A stretch of DNA of 40,608 nucleotides, from the sequence record OZ370878.1; one strand, 5' to 3'. Of the stretch, positions 40,296 to 40,608 are shown piece by piece. Position numbers and translations under genes: made by a program. This DNA is from a phage. The notes beneath the pieces are model-generated. The model saw only the letters and a program-made list of their open reading frames with translations. It made no database searches and was not told the origin of the DNA. How positions within the stretch are numbered: position 1 is the first letter of the stretch; each line of letters starts with the position of its first letter.

Positions 40296-40455
40296 AGGGA
40301 CACAGAGAGACACTCAAGGTAACACCCAAAGACAAACCCAAGGGTCATCCCCAACCCTTAGGGAACCCTCAAGGTCAACCGAAGGTTGACTTTAGGTGAT
40401 TGGCTGGGCTTTAGGTACCCCCTATGGGGGAACTTTAGGTCCGTACACTGTGAGA
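40296..40455. repeat. Full 160-bp T7 terminal repeat (reverse complement)
   Basis: AGGGACACAGAGAGACACTCAAGG...GGTCCGTACACTGTGAGA; its last 137 bp equal window 1..137. Confidence 0.9.
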
Positions 40456-40608
40456 TAGTCACTCAGATTTTTATGGTATATTTTAAAGGACCCTATAGGA
40501 ACTCCATAGGCCCTCTCTAAGACCCTCTTTAGGTGACACTGATAGGATGGCCTATCTTTAGGTATAGACCTTAGGATAGACCATTAGAGGCTCTTTATGG
40601 GTATACCT
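40456..40608. repeat. Wrap-around duplicate of window 138..290 (right-end unique DNA of the next genome unit)
   Basis: Exact identity of 1..290 with 40319..40608. Confidence 0.9.

Overview
The window is essentially a complete bacteriophage T7 genome given as the reverse complement of the canonical orientation, so every gene lies on the minus strand (right end, gene 19.5, at low coordinates; left end, gene 0.3, at high coordinates). The window is longer than one genome unit: bases 1..290 are identical to 40319..40608 (period 40318 bp), so it wraps across a terminal-repeat junction. All canonical T7 genes from 0.3 to 19.5 are present with wild-type protein lengths, along with the 17 T7-RNAP promoters, host promoters A1-A3, terminators TE and T-phi, and RNase III sites. 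The main finding is an engineered split-GFP cassette at the 3' end of capsid gene 10: gp10 is locked into a single read-through form, fused via a BamHI/EcoRI scar to the 16-aa GFP11 tag, and followed by its own RBS and a 214-aa GFP1-10 OPT ORF before the native T-phi terminator. This design should make capsids self-fluorescent by complementation. Other departures from T7 as I recall it are a fused phi1.1A/phi1.1B promoter with loss of about 75 bp including the R1.1 RNase III site, and a possible M431V substitution in T7 RNA polymerase. I found no natural novel defence or mobile system, and no tRNA, rRNA, CRISPR array, integrase or transposase. All comparisons to wild-type T7 are from memory, not from an alignment.
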